This document shows positions 62,863-64,000 of a DNA stretch of 64,000 nt, in pieces. The notes beneath the pieces were generated by a model. It was not told the DNA's origin, did not search any database, and worked only from the letters and a program-made list of their open reading frames with translations. The position numbers and the translations under genes were made by a program. The DNA is from Vicugna vicugna (taxonomy: Eukaryota): NCBI GenBank assembly GCA_013265495.1, contig MU060007.1, positions 19,240,913 to 19,304,912 of the forward strand, given 5' to 3'. Within the stretch, counting starts at the first letter, position 1. Each line of letters opens with the position of its first letter.

Positions 62863-63042
62863 NNNNNNNNNNNNNNNNNNNNNNNNNNNNNNNNNNNNNN
62901 NNNNNNNNNNNNNNNNNNNNNNNNNNNNNNNNNNNNNNNNNNNNNNNNNNNNNNNNNNNNNNNNNNNNNNNNNNNNNNNNNNNNNNNNNNNNNNNNNNNN
63001 NNNNNNNNNNNNNNNNNNNNNNNNNNNNNNNNNNNNNNNNNN
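62863..63042. other. N-run, 180 nt
   Basis: Direct reading; T-rich left flank. Confidence 0.99.
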
Positions 63043-64000
63043 AAATAATGCTTCCCAATCCCTTTGTCCCCTCTGAAAACCAACGTTTGAATTATTTTCC
63101 CTCCAACTACTGTTAACACAGGACGTAAGCAAGGGCAGCAAGAAAGCCACATTTATACGCGGACCAAAGAGGGTAAAGGCAAACATTTTTGTCCCTCTTG
63201 CTACATTCTGCAAGAATTATTGGGTCCAGAGAAAGTCAAGAAAAACTCCTACAGAACCAAAAAGCATGGAGTTGGGCTTTGGCTTAAGCACCAGAGAAAA
63301 CAAGTTTATTTTTCCAAGCAGGCCTTGTCTGCCTCTTTGATATAGGTGTAATGATTTTTGACTTCAAGGTTCCCCTGATTAGGCTGTGTAATGAGCCCTC
63401 TTGTATTACCCATGGAAGATTTTAAAATTCATTAAGTCAATATATACAGTCATGGTCCATTCTAAGACAAACAAAACTTGCACTTTTAAAACGTCTTTCT
63501 GCTGAGCTGGGTATACATAATAAATCCTGCATGCCATTTCATCTACTACATATCCCCTCAGTGCACTCTACAGTAGAAAGCATTACCTTCCATAATATGT
63601 CTGTAAACTTCAGGGGCAGAGCAGTAGATTTGTGACACTGACCTTTGATCCTTCCCTCTCTGGCCATCCCTTCCTTTTTCCCTCACCAAGTAGGTAATTA
63701 GCTTTGCATTCATTGCTACAAATGAGGGATGTTTTAAGTGGGAGAGTAGAAATAATGCACACATCTTTAAATATTAAAATTTTAATTATAAAATTGTAAT
63801 TATAATTTTAAATATAAAAACCAAAGACCACAGAAAAACTTAGTGGCTCAGGGTATAGACCAAATAACTCGGAGAAGTTGGAAAGAAATCAGAGCTTTCC
63901 TACCTTGGGGAAGGAGTCTCATGTCCTAGTACACATGCAGTTAGAGAAGACATCAGACAAGGTGGGACCATGCACATAAGAACCAGGGTCTCCTAGTGGG

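Noticed and set aside
21454-63213. ORFs of 63-214 aa containing X stretches
   Set aside because: Artefacts of translating through N-runs.
1-64000. CRISPR arrays, operons, rRNA/snRNA genes, NUMT, CpG island
   Set aside because: No regularly spaced repeat-spacer array, RNA-gene match, mitochondrial-like segment or GC/CpG-rich island was seen.

Overview
Mammalian nuclear DNA, AT-rich and CpG-depleted with no CpG island. It is very likely camelid (alpaca/llama/camel), judging from a tRNA-derived SINE at 29968-30076 and young L1 3' ends that match my recollection of camelid elements. Roughly half the window is decayed interspersed repeats: L1 (several ages), L2, MIR, MLT1/LTR16/MER21 LTRs, an internally deleted ERVL pol fragment, and MER5/MER20/MER58/MER44 DNA transposons. 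Seven N-runs are present. I cannot recognise any protein-coding gene, RNA gene, CRISPR array or prokaryotic system. Most ORFs in the supplied track look like chance ORFs, repeat-derived ORFs or N-spanning artefacts, so the window reads as intergenic DNA or a long intron. The signals most worth following up are: (1) a minus-strand branch point/pyrimidine tract/NAGNAG acceptor directly abutting three consensus donors spaced 8 nt apart at 37301-37360 (3-nt microexon or recursive splice site); (2) a well-formed GT-AG intron joining two candidate exons at 630-1502; (3) a small CpG-enriched exon-like unit with a Kozak ATG at 38745-38800; (4) two twin-primed (5'-inverted) young L1 insertions, one with a SINE nested inside it. 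Repeat subfamily names are from recalled consensus similarity, not a database search, and most repeat boundaries are approximate (tens of bp).
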